Assembly: GCA_036795105.1 (NCBI GenBank)
Contig: DAIRFL010000001.1
Location: forward strand, 1 to 38,879
From: Flavobacteriaceae bacterium
GTDB taxonomy: Bacteria > Bacteroidota > Bacteroidia > Flavobacteriales > Flavobacteriaceae
Length of the DNA stretch: 38,879 nucleotides
Reading direction: 5' to 3'
Shown: piece by piece, positions 29,027 to 38,877 of the stretch
Layout: the number at the start of each line of letters is the position of its first letter
How positions within the stretch are numbered: position 1 is the stretch's first letter
Position numbers and translations under genes: made by a program
The notes under the pieces: model-generated
What the model was told of the DNA's origin: nothing
Databases searched by the model: none
What the model saw: only the letters and a program-made list of their open reading frames with translations

Positions 29027-29078
29027 CATTAAATTAAATATGAACCTAAGTGTGCCTAGCACACTCAAGATATAAATC

Positions 29079-30323
29079 ATGGGTTGTAGTAATTGCACTA
29101 CCACATCAAACGGTTCTCCAATGGGTTGCCAAAACAATGGGACTTGCGGAGAAGACGGATGTAATAAACTTACTGTTTTCGACTGGCTGTCGAATATGTC
29201 TTTGCCTGTTGGCGAGGAGCTATTCGATTGTGTAGAGGTGCGATTTAAAAATAGCAGAAAAGAATTTTTTAGAAATGCAGACAAGCTTCCATTAGCTATA
29301 GGCGACATGGTTGCTACTGAGGCTTCTTCTGGGCATGATGTTGGAATGGTTACCCTTACCGGGTCTCTTGTAAAAGTGCAGATGAAAAAAAAGAAGGTCG
29401 ATTTTGAGGATGAGAACCTTCCTAAAATTTACCGTAAAGCAAACAGTCGAGATATAGAGGTGTGGACTAAATGTCGTGAGAAAGAAGCTGAAATTCAAAA
29501 GCGTTCCAGAGAGATTGCTATTTCCTTAAACTTAGAAATGAAGCTCTCTGATGTTGAATTTCAGGGAGATGGTTCTAAAGCGACCTTTTACTATACTGCA
29601 GAAGAGCGCGTCGATTTTAGACAGCTGATTAAAGATATGGCTAAGGCCTTTGGAATTCGCATTGAAATGCGACAAATTGGATATCGACAAGAGGCACAAC
29701 GATTGGGAGGAATAGGCTCCTGTGGAAGAGAACTCTGTTGTTCTACTTGGCTTACCGATTTTAGAAGTGTTGGAACAGCATCAGCTCGTTATCAGCAACT
29801 CTCTTTAAACCCACAAAAGCTCGCAGGGCAATGTGGTAAATTAAAGTGCTGTTTGAACTATGAGCTGGACGTCTATATGGATGCCTTAAAGGATTTTCCA
29901 AGATCGGATACAAAGCTCATGACTGAAAAGGGAATCGCCTATTGTCAAAAGGTAGATATCTTTAAAGAAAAGTTGTGGTTTACCTATAAGAATGATCCTA
30001 TTACCTGGCATATGCTGACGAAGGATCAGGTAAATGAAATAGTTGAACTCAACAAAAAAGACCAAAGCATTCAAAGCTTAGAAAGCTATTCGGTTCAGAA
30101 TATCAGTGACGATGTTCCTGTTTACGAAGATGCAGTTGGTCAGGATTCTCTGACGCGTTTTGATCGCCCTAAGCGATCAAAGAACAAGTCAAATAACAAG
30201 TCAAAGAAATCCAACAAGAACCGATCGAATACCAAGGGTAGAAACCAAAACAGAAACAGAGGCAAAAACAATAAAGGGTCAAATAGAAATGGGAACAAAA
30301 AGACTGCAAAGAATCCTTCTTAG
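29079..30323 (+). CDS. ricT: PSP1-domain / RicT (YaaT) family iron-sulfur protein
   Basis: VEVRFK, FYYTAEERVDFRQL, RIEMRQIG, GSCGRELCC, GQCGKLKCCLNYE; Cys-rich N-terminus and basic low-complexity tail. Confidence 0.88.
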   Translation: MGCSNCTTTSNGSPMGCQNNGTCGEDGCNKLTVFDWLSNMSLPVGEELFDCVEVRFKNSRKEFFRNADKLPLAIGDMVATEASSGHDVGMVTLTGSLVKVQMKKKKVDFEDENLPKIYRKANSRDIEVWTKCREKEAEIQKRSREIAISLNLEMKLSDVEFQGDGSKATFYYTAEERVDFRQLIKDMAKAFGIRIEMRQIGYRQEAQRLGGIGSCGRELCCSTWLTDFRSVGTASARYQQLSLNPQKLAGQCGKLKCCLNYELDVYMDALKDFPRSDTKLMTEKGIAYCQKVDIFKEKLWFTYKNDPITWHMLTKDQVNEIVELNKKDQSIQSLESYSVQNISDDVPVYEDAVGQDSLTRFDRPKRSKNKSNNKSKKSNKNRSNTKGRNQNRNRGKNNKGSNRNGNKKTAKNPS

Positions 30324-30789
30324 TTCAGGACTTGTTTTTTTACTGGCTTCCTGTAATTTAGGTGTGGCTCATATGGAATTTGTCAGTTTGGACAATGCTG
30401 TTTGGGACAAGGACAATGCAATTGTTTTTGAATTTACACCTACTGATAGCACGGAGGTTTACGACTGGTATTTACAGCTTAGAAACACCCACGATTACCC
30501 CTATGCTAACCTTTATTTAATCACTGAACTCAGTACAGATGAAGGAGTTATAAGTACTGACACCATTGCATACACCATGGCCAATTCTGATGGATCTTGG
30601 AGAGGAAGTGCTTCGATGTCATTAGTGGAACACAAAATACCTTATCAATTAGAGCGGTCTTTTAACAGCACCAAGCTCCATAGATTAAAAATCAGACAGG
30701 CGATGAGGTCCTTGGGATCGACAGAGCCACTTCAAAAGTTAATAGGCGTTAGCGACATAGGATACAGTATTGAAACAATTGAGAAATGA
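30289..30789 (+). CDS. gldH: Gliding motility lipoprotein GldH
   Basis: Lipobox LAS-C; LRNTHDYPYANLYLI, DTIAY.MA..DGSW.G, IRQAMR, GVSDIG. Start moved to ATG 30289 to give a proper signal peptide. Confidence 0.88.
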   Translation: MGTKRLQRILLSSGLVFLLASCNLGVAHMEFVSLDNAVWDKDNAIVFEFTPTDSTEVYDWYLQLRNTHDYPYANLYLITELSTDEGVISTDTIAYTMANSDGSWRGSASMSLVEHKIPYQLERSFNSTKLHRLKIRQAMRSLGSTEPLQKLIGVSDIGYSIETIEK

Positions 30790-33137
30790 GTAAGTCATCA
30801 GGAAAAAAAATTGAGCAAAAGAAAAACTTTCGAATCTATGTTCGACTGTTTTGGGCGCTCTTTATTTTAGGAATAGGGGCATTTGCATCTATGTTTGTTC
30901 TTGCGTCTAAGGGTTATTTTGGTGAGATGCCTGGTTTTGATCGATTGGAAAACCCCAACACTAATTTAGCTACTGAAATTCTCAGTTCAGACGGAAAAAC
31001 GCTCGGAAAGTTTTACTTAGAAGACAACAGAACTCCGATTCAATTTGAAGAGCTTCCTGAAAATATGGTGAATGCACTCTTGGCGACTGAAGATATTCGC
31101 TATTATTCTCACTCTGGAATTGATGCCATTGGTACTCTTAGAGCAGTTGCTTTCTTGGGAACTAGGGGAGGAGCTAGTACCATTAGTCAACAGCTTTCAA
31201 AACTTCTGTTTACCAAACAAGTATCTTCAAGTAAGTTTCAAAGGATTCTTCAAAAATTTAAGGAGTGGGTTATCGCTATTCGATTAGAACAGCAGTATAC
31301 CAAGGATGAAATCCTGGCAATGTATCTCAATATTTACGACTTTGGGAATAATGCCGACGGGGTTCGATCTGCAGCGAATATCTATTTTAATAAGGAGCCT
31401 TTGGAATTGGAGACTCAAGAGTCGGCCATGCTCATAGGAATGCTAAAGAATTCTTCTCTGTACAATCCCAGGTCCCATAGGAATCCAGAGGGGACTCTTA
31501 ATAGAAGAAATGTAGTGCTCAATCAGATGGCTAAATACGAATTTATCAGTGAGCAAGAAAGGGATTCACTCAAAACACTTCCATTGGGATTGAAATATAC
31601 TCCACAGTCTCACAGAGAGGGGCTCGCTACTTATTTTAGAATGTACCTCAGAGGGTTCTTAAAAGATTGGATTGAAAACAACCCTAAGGAAGACGGTTCG
31701 AAGTACAATTTATACCTAGACGGTCTTAGAGTGTATACCACTATTGACTCTCGAATGCAGCAGCACGCTGAAGAGTCAGTTCAGGAACACATTAAAAATC
31801 TTCAAGCAGCCTTTGACAAACAAAACACTCCCGAGGAAAATCCAACTGCACCTTTTTTAGATGTGGAAGAGGAGGAAATAGAACGAATCATGGAACTAGC
31901 AATCCTTCGTTCAGAGCGCTGGAGAGCTATGAAAGCAAAAGGAATGGACGAGGAGAAGATCAAAGCTAGTTTTGAAGTGCCACGTTCTATGAGTGTTTTT
32001 GATTGGACTGCTGAAAATAAGGAACGCGATACGGTAATGACTCCGATGGATTCTATTCGCTATTACAAATCCTTCTTTAGGTCTGCTATGCTTTCTATGG
32101 AACCTAAAACCGGACATGTAAAGGCATGGGTAGGAGGTATTAATTACCGCCATTTTCAATACGACAATGTATATCAAGGAGCTCGACAAGCAGGGTCCAT
32201 TTTTAAACCCTTTGTCTATGCAGCAGCCATTGATCAACTACGCCTATCTCCTTGTGAAACCTTACCTGACACTCAGTATTGTATTGCACCTAGAAAGCAC
32301 GGTAATATGGAGAAGTGGTGTCCAAAGAATTCTGGAGGGACGTATTCTGGGAATATGTTAACCCTTAAAAAAGCCCTGGCTGGATCGGTGAATTCGATCA
32401 CGGCTCAAGTGATGGATAAAGTTGGACCGAAGCCTGTGGTCCAACTCATCAAGAACCTTGGAATGAAGTCGAATATATTAGCAGTTCCTTCTATAGCCTT
32501 AGGGACTCCCGACATCAATGTATTAGAAGTAGTTGGGGCCTATGGTACTTTTGCAAATAAAGGGGTCTATGTCAAGCCAGTGATGGTGACTCATATCACT
32601 GATAAAAACGGAACCATGCTCTACGAATCCGTTCCTCAAACTAAGGATGTGATGAGTGAGGATGTTGCCTTTACGGTTGTCAAACTCTTAGAAGGGGTAA
32701 CGGAAGGAGGATCTGGTATAAGACTGAGAACAGTAGGAGCTGAGGAGTGGAATCCCTATTACAGTGAAATTGTAACTGGATATCCCTACGAATTTAAAAA
32801 CCCAATTGCCGGAAAAACGGGAACAACTCAAAACCAATCCGATGGATGGTTTATGGGAATGGTTCCAAATCTAGTTACCGCTGTTTGGGTTGGAGGAGAA
32901 GATCGTTCCATGCACTTTAATTCTATTCAATACGGACAGGGGGCCTCTATGGCGCTTCCAATCTGGGCAAACTATATGAGAAGAAATTGGTCACTAGAAG
33001 ATCTAGGGATCTCACAGGGAGAATTTGAGGCACCTGAAGAACTCAATATAGTCGTGGACTGTGATCCAAAAGCAGAAGAAGGAAAAGAACCTCCGATTGA
33101 CCTTACGGAAGATGATATCGAAGATATAGGGTTTTAA
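30786..33137 (+). CDS. mrcA: Class A penicillin-binding protein (PBP1A-type transglycosylase/transpeptidase)
   Basis: TM anchor; ATEDIRY, GGASTISQQLSK, KDEILAMYLN; SxxK (GSIFKP), SxN (SVN), KTGT. Confidence 0.9.
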   Translation: MSKSSGKKIEQKKNFRIYVRLFWALFILGIGAFASMFVLASKGYFGEMPGFDRLENPNTNLATEILSSDGKTLGKFYLEDNRTPIQFEELPENMVNALLATEDIRYYSHSGIDAIGTLRAVAFLGTRGGASTISQQLSKLLFTKQVSSSKFQRILQKFKEWVIAIRLEQQYTKDEILAMYLNIYDFGNNADGVRSAANIYFNKEPLELETQESAMLIGMLKNSSLYNPRSHRNPEGTLNRRNVVLNQMAKYEFISEQERDSLKTLPLGLKYTPQSHREGLATYFRMYLRGFLKDWIENNPKEDGSKYNLYLDGLRVYTTIDSRMQQHAEESVQEHIKNLQAAFDKQNTPEENPTAPFLDVEEEEIERIMELAILRSERWRAMKAKGMDEEKIKASFEVPRSMSVFDWTAENKERDTVMTPMDSIRYYKSFFRSAMLSMEPKTGHVKAWVGGINYRHFQYDNVYQGARQAGSIFKPFVYAAAIDQLRLSPCETLPDTQYCIAPRKHGNMEKWCPKNSGGTYSGNMLTLKKALAGSVNSITAQVMDKVGPKPVVQLIKNLGMKSNILAVPSIALGTPDINVLEVVGAYGTFANKGVYVKPVMVTHITDKNGTMLYESVPQTKDVMSEDVAFTVVKLLEGVTEGGSGIRLRTVGAEEWNPYYSEIVTGYPYEFKNPIAGKTGTTQNQSDGWFMGMVPNLVTAVWVGGEDRSMHFNSIQYGQGASMALPIWANYMRRNWSLEDLGISQGEFEAPEELNIVVDCDPKAEEGKEPPIDLTEDDIEDIGF

Positions 33138-33156
33138 AATCTTTGATATAGGATAT

Positions 33157-33190
33157 AAAAAAAGCCAGCTATGATGCTGGCTTTCTTGTT
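33157..33190. terminator. Bidirectional intrinsic terminator between the PBP gene and sdhB
   Basis: AAAGCCAGC-tatgat-GCTGGCTTT with an upstream A7 tract and a T-rich downstream flank. Confidence 0.85.
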
Positions 33191-33206
33191 CTATAGTTAG
33201 GGGGTC

Positions 33207-33953
33207 TTATCCTTTGAGTTTTGCTCCCATGAACTCTCTGTTCATTCTGGCAATATTCTCAATAGAAATTCCCTTAGGACATTCTACTTCACAAGCACCG
33301 GTATTGGTACAGTTACCAAAACCTTCTAAGTCCATTTGTTTTACCATATTTTCAACACGGGTTACGGCTTCCACCTTACCCTGTGGGAGTAATGCATATT
33401 GAGATACTTTAGCGGAAGTAAAGAGCATTGCAGAAGCATTTTTACAGGCTGCTACACAGGCTCCACATCCAATACATGCTGCTGCATCCATCGCTTTGTC
33501 CGCATCTTCTTTTGGGATGAGAATGGAGTTTGCATCAGTGGTGTTTCCAGAAGTGTTTACTGAAATATATCCACCAGCTTGTTGAATACGCTCTAAAGAA
33601 GAGCGATCAACCACTAAATCTTTAATTACCGGGAATGCCTTTGCTCTAAATGGCTCAATAACGATGGTGTCTCCGTCATTAAACATTCTCATATGTAATT
33701 GACAGGTAGTAACAAGGCGATCTGGACCATGAGGTTCTCCGTTGATTTGAAGGGAACAGGTACCACAAATACCTTCTCTACAATCGTGATCAAATTCTAC
33801 TGGAACAGCTCCTTTGGCTACCAAATCTTCATTGAGTACATCGAGCATTTCTAAAAACGACATATCTTCATCGACATTGTCGATAGGGTAACTCACTAAT
33901 GTTCCTTTTGCCTGTGCGCTTTCTTGGCGCCATATTTGTAATGTAAGCTTCAT
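33207..33953 (-). CDS. sdhB: Succinate dehydrogenase/fumarate reductase iron-sulfur subunit
   Basis: [33 protein letters not shown]. Confidence 0.96.
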   Translation of the reverse strand: MKLTLQIWRQESAQAKGTLVSYPIDNVDEDMSFLEMLDVLNEDLVAKGAVPVEFDHDCREGICGTCSLQINGEPHGPDRLVTTCQLHMRMFNDGDTIVIEPFRAKAFPVIKDLVVDRSSLERIQQAGGYISVNTSGNTTDANSILIPKEDADKAMDAAACIGCGACVAACKNASAMLFTSAKVSQYALLPQGKVEAVTRVENMVKQMDLEGFGNCTNTGACEVECPKGISIENIARMNREFMGAKLKG

Positions 33954-33959
33954 GGTATC

Positions 33960-35963
33960 TTATTTATAGCTTCTTGTCTTAACTTCTATGTTTTCGTACT
34001 TGAGATCTTCCTTGTGTAATACGGCGTCCTTAGGCTCTCCTTTGAATTCCCAAGCAGCTACATAAGTAAAGTTTTTATCGTCTCTAAGCGCTTCACCTTC
34101 TTCGGTCTGATACTCTTCTCTAAAGTGACCACCACAGGATTCATTTCTGTGTAGGGCGTCTTTTGCAAAGAGTTCTCCTAGTTCTAAGAAATCTGCAACG
34201 CGACCGGCTTTTTCTAATTCTGAATTCTTAGAATTAGGATCTCCAGCTACTTTTACATTTTCCCAGAAATCAGCTCTTAGAGCTGCAATTTCTTCAATGG
34301 CTTCTTTGAGTTCTTTCTCGTTTCTGGCCATTCCACATTTATTCCACATGATTTTACCAAGTTTTTTGTGGTAGTAATCAACAGAGTGTTTTCCTTTGGC
34401 AGAAGTGAGTTTTGCGATACGATCTTTCACTTCTTTTTCAGCCTGATCAAACTCAGGAGAATCAGTAGGGATAGCACCAGTACGAATATCGTCAGCTAGA
34501 TAATCTCCAATAGTATAAGGCAATACAAAGTAACCATCGGCAAGACCTTGCATCAAGGCAGAGGCTCCCAATCTGTTAGCTCCGTGATCAGAGAAGTTTG
34601 CTTCACCTGCAGCATAACAGCCAGGAATGGATGTTTGTAAGTTGTAATCAACCCAAAGTCCTCCCATGGTATAGTGTACCGCTGGATAGATCATCATTGG
34701 AGTTTTATAAGGATCTTGATCGACAATCTTTTCATACATCTGGAAGAGGTTTCCGTATTTAGCTTCGATCACTTGCTCACCGAGTTCACGGATCGTGTTG
34801 GCATCAGGATTTTTAATTCCTGAAGTCATCGCTTTTTCTTTTCCGTAACGCTCAATAGCAGATGCAAAATCTAAAAATACTGCTTCCCCAGTTTTGTTAA
34901 CTCCATAGCCAGCATCACAGCGCTCTTTTGCAGCACGAGAAGCCACATCTCTAGGAACGAGGTTTCCAAATGCAGGATAACGACGCTCTAAGTAGTAATC
35001 TCTATCTTCTTCAGCAATATCAACAGGCTTTAATTTTCCTTCTCTAATTGCTGTAACATCTTCTTTTTTAGCAGGCACCCATATACGTCCGTCGTTTCTA
35101 AGAGACTCAGACATCAGGGTTAATTTTGATTGGTGATCACCTGAAACAGGAATACAAGTAGGGTGAATCTGTGTATAACATGGGTTTGCAAAGTAAGCTC
35201 CTTTTTTGTGAGCTCTCCAAGCAGCGGTAACATTAGATCCCATCGCATTAGTCGATAGGAAGAAAACGTTTCCATATCCACCGGTTGCTAAAATTACTGC
35301 GTGAGCTGAATGTCTTTGAATCTCTCCACTTACCATATCACGAGCGATGATTCCACGAGCTTTACCATCTACAAGAACGAGGTCTAACATTTCGTGACGG
35401 TTAAAGGACTGAATCTTTCCTCTGTTAATTTGACGGTTCATCGCAGAGTAAGCACCTAACAATAATTGTTGTCCTGTTTGTCCTTTTGCGTAAAAGGTTC
35501 TCGATACGAGCACTCCACCAAAAGAACGGTTGTCTAATTGTCCGCCGTAATCTCTTGCAAAAGGAACCCCTTGAGCGACACATTGGTCGATGATGTTTCC
35601 AGAAACTTCTGCTAAACGATAGACGTTTGCTTCTCTAGCTCGATAATCACCTCCCTTTACGGTATCGTAAAAGAGTCGGTAGTTACTATCACCATCTCCT
35701 TGGTAGTTCTTGGCTGCATTGATACCTCCTTGAGCCGCAATAGAGTGTGCTCTTCTAGGAGAATCTTGATAGCAAAAAGTCTTTACATTATATCCTAATT
35801 CGGCTAGTGAAGCTGCTGCTGCACCCCCTGCAAGTCCAGTTCCAACAACGATGACATCGATGTTTCTCTTGTTTGCAGGATTGACCAGATTGATATTGTT
35901 CTTGTGATTGGTCCACTTATCAGCTAAAGGACCTTCTGGGATTTTAGAATCTAGTACGCTCAT
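33960..35963 (-). CDS. sdhA: Succinate dehydrogenase/fumarate reductase flavoprotein subunit
   Basis: [48 protein letters not shown]. Confidence 0.97.
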   Translation of the reverse strand: MSVLDSKIPEGPLADKWTNHKNNINLVNPANKRNIDVIVVGTGLAGGAAAASLAELGYNVKTFCYQDSPRRAHSIAAQGGINAAKNYQGDGDSNYRLFYDTVKGGDYRAREANVYRLAEVSGNIIDQCVAQGVPFARDYGGQLDNRSFGGVLVSRTFYAKGQTGQQLLLGAYSAMNRQINRGKIQSFNRHEMLDLVLVDGKARGIIARDMVSGEIQRHSAHAVILATGGYGNVFFLSTNAMGSNVTAAWRAHKKGAYFANPCYTQIHPTCIPVSGDHQSKLTLMSESLRNDGRIWVPAKKEDVTAIREGKLKPVDIAEEDRDYYLERRYPAFGNLVPRDVASRAAKERCDAGYGVNKTGEAVFLDFASAIERYGKEKAMTSGIKNPDANTIRELGEQVIEAKYGNLFQMYEKIVDQDPYKTPMMIYPAVHYTMGGLWVDYNLQTSIPGCYAAGEANFSDHGANRLGASALMQGLADGYFVLPYTIGDYLADDIRTGAIPTDSPEFDQAEKEVKDRIAKLTSAKGKHSVDYYHKKLGKIMWNKCGMARNEKELKEAIEEIAALRADFWENVKVAGDPNSKNSELEKAGRVADFLELGELFAKDALHRNESCGGHFREEYQTEEGEALRDDKNFTYVAAWEFKGEPKDAVLHKEDLKYENIEVKTRSYK

Positions 35964-35965
35964 AA

Positions 35966-36637
35966 TTAGTGCGATAATTGATTAAAGTGATGATAGAAAG
36001 CAATGAAGATAAATCCTAGAGGGATTACAATTGCGTATATTTTTGCAAAACCTTCTAAAGCTCTGCTGTATTTGTTGTTCCATCCCATAGATTGGAAGGA
36101 AGATTTAAAACCGTGTAATAGGTGAAGCATCAATAGAACAAAAGAAAACGCATAAATGCCTGTTCTGGCGATTGACTCAAATTTATGAACCGTTTCAGGG
36201 AGGTAACGAGTCGGATCTTCTGGGGCCGCTTCTACGTATTTATACACCATTTCATGGTACCAAAAGTCGTACATATGAAGCGCCAAAAAGGCTAAAATTA
36301 CCGCTCCTGAAAGAATCATATTACGAGACATCCAAGAAGCATTAGCAGCACCTTTGTACTTTGAATAGCCTACTGGGCCACGTGCTTTTTTGTTTTCGAT
36401 TTCTAGAACGAAGCCCATCAAAAAGTGAATGATCACTCCAGCCACAAGTACCGGCTGTAATACGTACTGAACTAATTTATTGTAGCCCATAAAATGAGAG
36501 GCTTCGTTAAAGAAGTCAGGTGCGATTACCGATAAGAAGTTGATTACAAAATGCAGTCCTAGAAAAGAGACTAAAAATAACCCTGATAAGGCCATTATTA
36601 TTTTTCTTCCAATAGAAGAAGGAACAGAATTGCTCAT
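35966..36637 (-). CDS. sdhC: Succinate dehydrogenase cytochrome b subunit (single five-TM anchor)
   Basis: [16 protein letters not shown], four intramembrane His, [14 protein letters not shown]; no sdhD gene present. Confidence 0.93.
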   Translation of the reverse strand: MSNSVPSSIGRKIIMALSGLFLVSFLGLHFVINFLSVIAPDFFNEASHFMGYNKLVQYVLQPVLVAGVIIHFLMGFVLEIENKKARGPVGYSKYKGAANASWMSRNMILSGAVILAFLALHMYDFWYHEMVYKYVEAAPEDPTRYLPETVHKFESIARTGIYAFSFVLLMLHLLHGFKSSFQSMGWNNKYSRALEGFAKIYAIVIPLGFIFIAFYHHFNQLSH

Positions 36638-36654
36638 TGTTTAAAATTTTATAA

Positions 36655-36662
36655 CAAATTTA
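36655..36662 (-). promoter_or_regulatory. -7 promoter element for sdhCAB
   Basis: TAAATTTG on the minus strand, 17 nt before the ATG. Confidence 0.65.
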
Positions 36663-36730
36663 GGCCACAAGCAGCACTTGCCAAAATTATAGACTTGTTA
36701 TTTTCTTAATTTTTTAAGAAAAAAATAGAT

Positions 36731-36738
36731 TACTTTTG
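36731..36738 (+). promoter_or_regulatory. -7 promoter element for the 2OG oxygenase
   Basis: TACTTTTG(C), 17 nt before the ATG. Confidence 0.7.
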
Positions 36739-36755
36739 CTCGCTTTTTAAAAAAA

Positions 36756-37385
36756 ATGACATCTCTGTACAGCAATGAGCGATGGGGTCAATGGTTGACT
36801 CAGCTCGCAGATGATAATTTTGTAATTATCGATGAGTTTTTACCCGAGAAACTTCTAGAAGAGGTTTTGGGATATTTCAATCAAAAAGAGGAATTAGACT
36901 CCTTTAATCTTGCCAAAATTGGTCCAGCTGAGGACGAGCAAAGAGTTGCGAGTATTCGAACAGATAAGACGTATTGGATAGATCGTAATAGAGATGTGGA
37001 ACTCAATGATTTTTTTAGATTGATTGAAGAATTGATGCTACAATTTGCTCAACAACTCTACCTGAGTCTCAACGGCTATGAATTTCATCTAGCTTCTTAT
37101 TCGAAAGGAGGTTTTTATAAAGCACACTTAGATCAATTTGATTCCAGATCCAATCGCATGATTAGTTTGATTATTTATTTGAATGAAAATTGGAAAGATG
37201 ATCACGGAGGAGAATTATTAATTCACTCCTCTCCTAATACAAAAGTAGAACCTATTCTCAACAGAGCTATTTTATTTAGGTCCGATATAGTTTTACACGA
37301 AGTACTAGCTTCGAATAGAGAACGAAAATCTCTTACTGGATGGCTGTTAAAGCAACCTTCTACAATAGGGGTGCTAGGAATTTAA
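36756..37385 (+). CDS. 2OG-Fe(II) oxygenase, prolyl-4-hydroxylase (EGLN/SM-20-like) type
   Basis: IRTDKTYW, HLD (HxD), RMISLIIYLNENW, GGEL, LFRSD, HEV, RKSLTGW. Confidence 0.88.
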   Translation: MTSLYSNERWGQWLTQLADDNFVIIDEFLPEKLLEEVLGYFNQKEELDSFNLAKIGPAEDEQRVASIRTDKTYWIDRNRDVELNDFFRLIEELMLQFAQQLYLSLNGYEFHLASYSKGGFYKAHLDQFDSRSNRMISLIIYLNENWKDDHGGELLIHSSPNTKVEPILNRAILFRSDIVLHEVLASNRERKSLTGWLLKQPSTIGVLGI

Positions 37386-38122
37386 TCCTTCTTTAAACAG
37401 TAATTAATACCCCCTAAAAGGTGCTCTAAAAAAGCCGGTTCATAATAAGATTCTACAGTGTGGCCTCCACCAGTATAAAAAGATTTACCTCCGTCGAATT
37501 CGTGATACCAAGCAATAGGATGGCTCGCTCCATTGGTTCCGCCTTCGTAGGTGCTTTCATCGAGATTTAAAACCACATGAATATCGGGATTGAGATCTTT
37601 GTAGTTGTACCATTCATCTGATCGAACCCAGCTTTGAGGAAGGTGTTTAGTCGAAGCGTGGTTTTTGTCCACAACTTGAATTGTCGCTTCTCGTACATTT
37701 GGATTATTTGGATGGCCGTTAAAATAGCCCCCTGCTAATTGGCCGTACCAAGACCAATCGTATTCAGTATCACAGGCTGCGTGAATCCCCATATAAGACC
37801 CGCCCTGTTGTATATAGGCTTCAAAAGCTTTTTGTTGTTGGTCGTCTAAAACATCTAGAGTGGTGCTTAAAAAAATAACCAAATCGTATTGTTTTAAATG
37901 TTCTGCTTGAAAGACAAAAGCATCTTCGGTTTGAACCAAATTAAAGTCTCCTTTTTTTCCTAATTGACGTATGGCGTGAACTCCAGTTTCAATTGATTGA
38001 TGTCTCCAGCCCATTGTTTTTGTAAAGACCAATACTTGATGGGAACGATCTTTGAAAACTCCTTGAGCAAAACTTGTAGAGATAAAACACAGAAGGAGTA
38101 AACTTAGAATTAATTTTTTCAT
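37382..38122 (-). CDS. Exported ThuA-like (class I glutamine amidotransferase-like fold) protein
   Basis: Signal peptide ending SFA; VLVFTKTMGWRHQSI, GIHAACDTEYDW, DEWYNY, HPIAW, FYTGGGH. Confidence 0.85.
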   Translation of the reverse strand: MKKLILSLLLLCFISTSFAQGVFKDRSHQVLVFTKTMGWRHQSIETGVHAIRQLGKKGDFNLVQTEDAFVFQAEHLKQYDLVIFLSTTLDVLDDQQQKAFEAYIQQGGSYMGIHAACDTEYDWSWYGQLAGGYFNGHPNNPNVREATIQVVDKNHASTKHLPQSWVRSDEWYNYKDLNPDIHVVLNLDESTYEGGTNGASHPIAWYHEFDGGKSFYTGGGHTVESYYEPAFLEHLLGGINYCLKKD

Positions 38123-38877
38123 AAGATTTGAGAAAAGTGTTTGTTCGAATGTTGTGAAAGTACATATTTTTTAGGAGTGGTCCCAAACTTCTTTTTAAAG
38201 GCAGCTATAAAATGACTGGAGGTGGAGTATCCAATTTTAAGACCCACTTCATTGACATTCATCTCTCCCTCTCCTAGTAGTTTTCTAGCGACTTCCATTT
38301 TGTAGTCAAACAAAAACCCAAAAACGGTGTCTCCATAGATTTGTTTAAAGCCCTCTTTTAATTTTTTTAAGCTCAAATCAATTTCAGTAGAGAGCTCATC
38401 TAAAGAAGGAGGTTCTGCCATTCGATCAATGATGATTGATTTGGCTAATCGAATTTTTTTGACATTTTCTTCATCAGCTAAAAAGGGGCACTGGGCTAAA
38501 TTTGAATCTTCTTTAGCACTAAAGTACAGGGCCATGAGTTCGTATACTTTTGCCTTGGCGTAGAGATCGTTGATACTCCCGCCATTTTTATAGTAATAGA
38601 GCTGACTCAGAAGGACCGCTATCGCAGGACTGATCGGCTCTTGATTGTAGTACTTTTTGTTGTCTGTTCTCAAAAAGTGAATTTGATTGGCTTCTGATGA
38701 AAACAAGGAGTGAAAGCGCTTTAAACTCATCACCACAGAAATCAACCAAGAGGAGGGAGAAAGAATTAAATCCAGGGGTAAATCTTGCTGGGTATTATAA
38801 AGTAGCGTAGAATTTTCTTCAGTAGTTGACAATTGATAGCTCCCACCGTTAAATTGATAGACAGCAGACCCTTTTAA
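38119..38877 (-). CDS. AraC family transcriptional regulator (5' end lies outside the window)
   Basis: C-terminal double HTH (PPSLDELS...LKEGFK...NVNEVGLKIGYSTSSHFIAAFKKKFGTTPKKY). The frame stays open upstream of the ORF-track start to the window edge (LKGSAVYQFNGGSYQL). Confidence 0.92.
   Translation of the reverse strand, partial: LKGSAVYQFNGGSYQLSTTEENSTLLYNTQQDLPLDLILSPSSWLISVVMSLKRFHSLFSSEANQIHFLRTDNKKYYNQEPISPAIAVLLSQLYYYKNGGSINDLYAKAKVYELMALYFSAKEDSNLAQCPFLADEENVKKIRLAKSIIIDRMAEPPSLDELSTEIDLSLKKLKEGFKQIYGDTVFGFLFDYKMEVARKLLGEGEMNVNEVGLKIGYSTSSHFIAAFKKKFGTTPKKYVLSQHSNKHFSQIL

Noticed and set aside
30160..30288. Long N-terminal extension of GldH (likewise rfbC 3702-3803, SPOR 25167-25253, dprA 25198-25236, PaaE-like 8839-8868)
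   Set aside because: Artefacts of longest-ORF calling; downstream ATGs fit signal peptides, promoter boxes and family N-termini better.
30165..30320. A-rich short repeats as a CRISPR or VNTR array
   Set aside because: No regular repeat-spacer structure; they encode the low-complexity tail of the RicT-like protein.
85..38186. Short antisense or alternate-frame ORFs in the track (e.g. 85-327, 3172-3408, 15603-15908, 16218-16496, 29024-29308, 31911-32237)
   Set aside because: All overlap well-supported genes, lack recognisable motifs and look like shadow ORFs.
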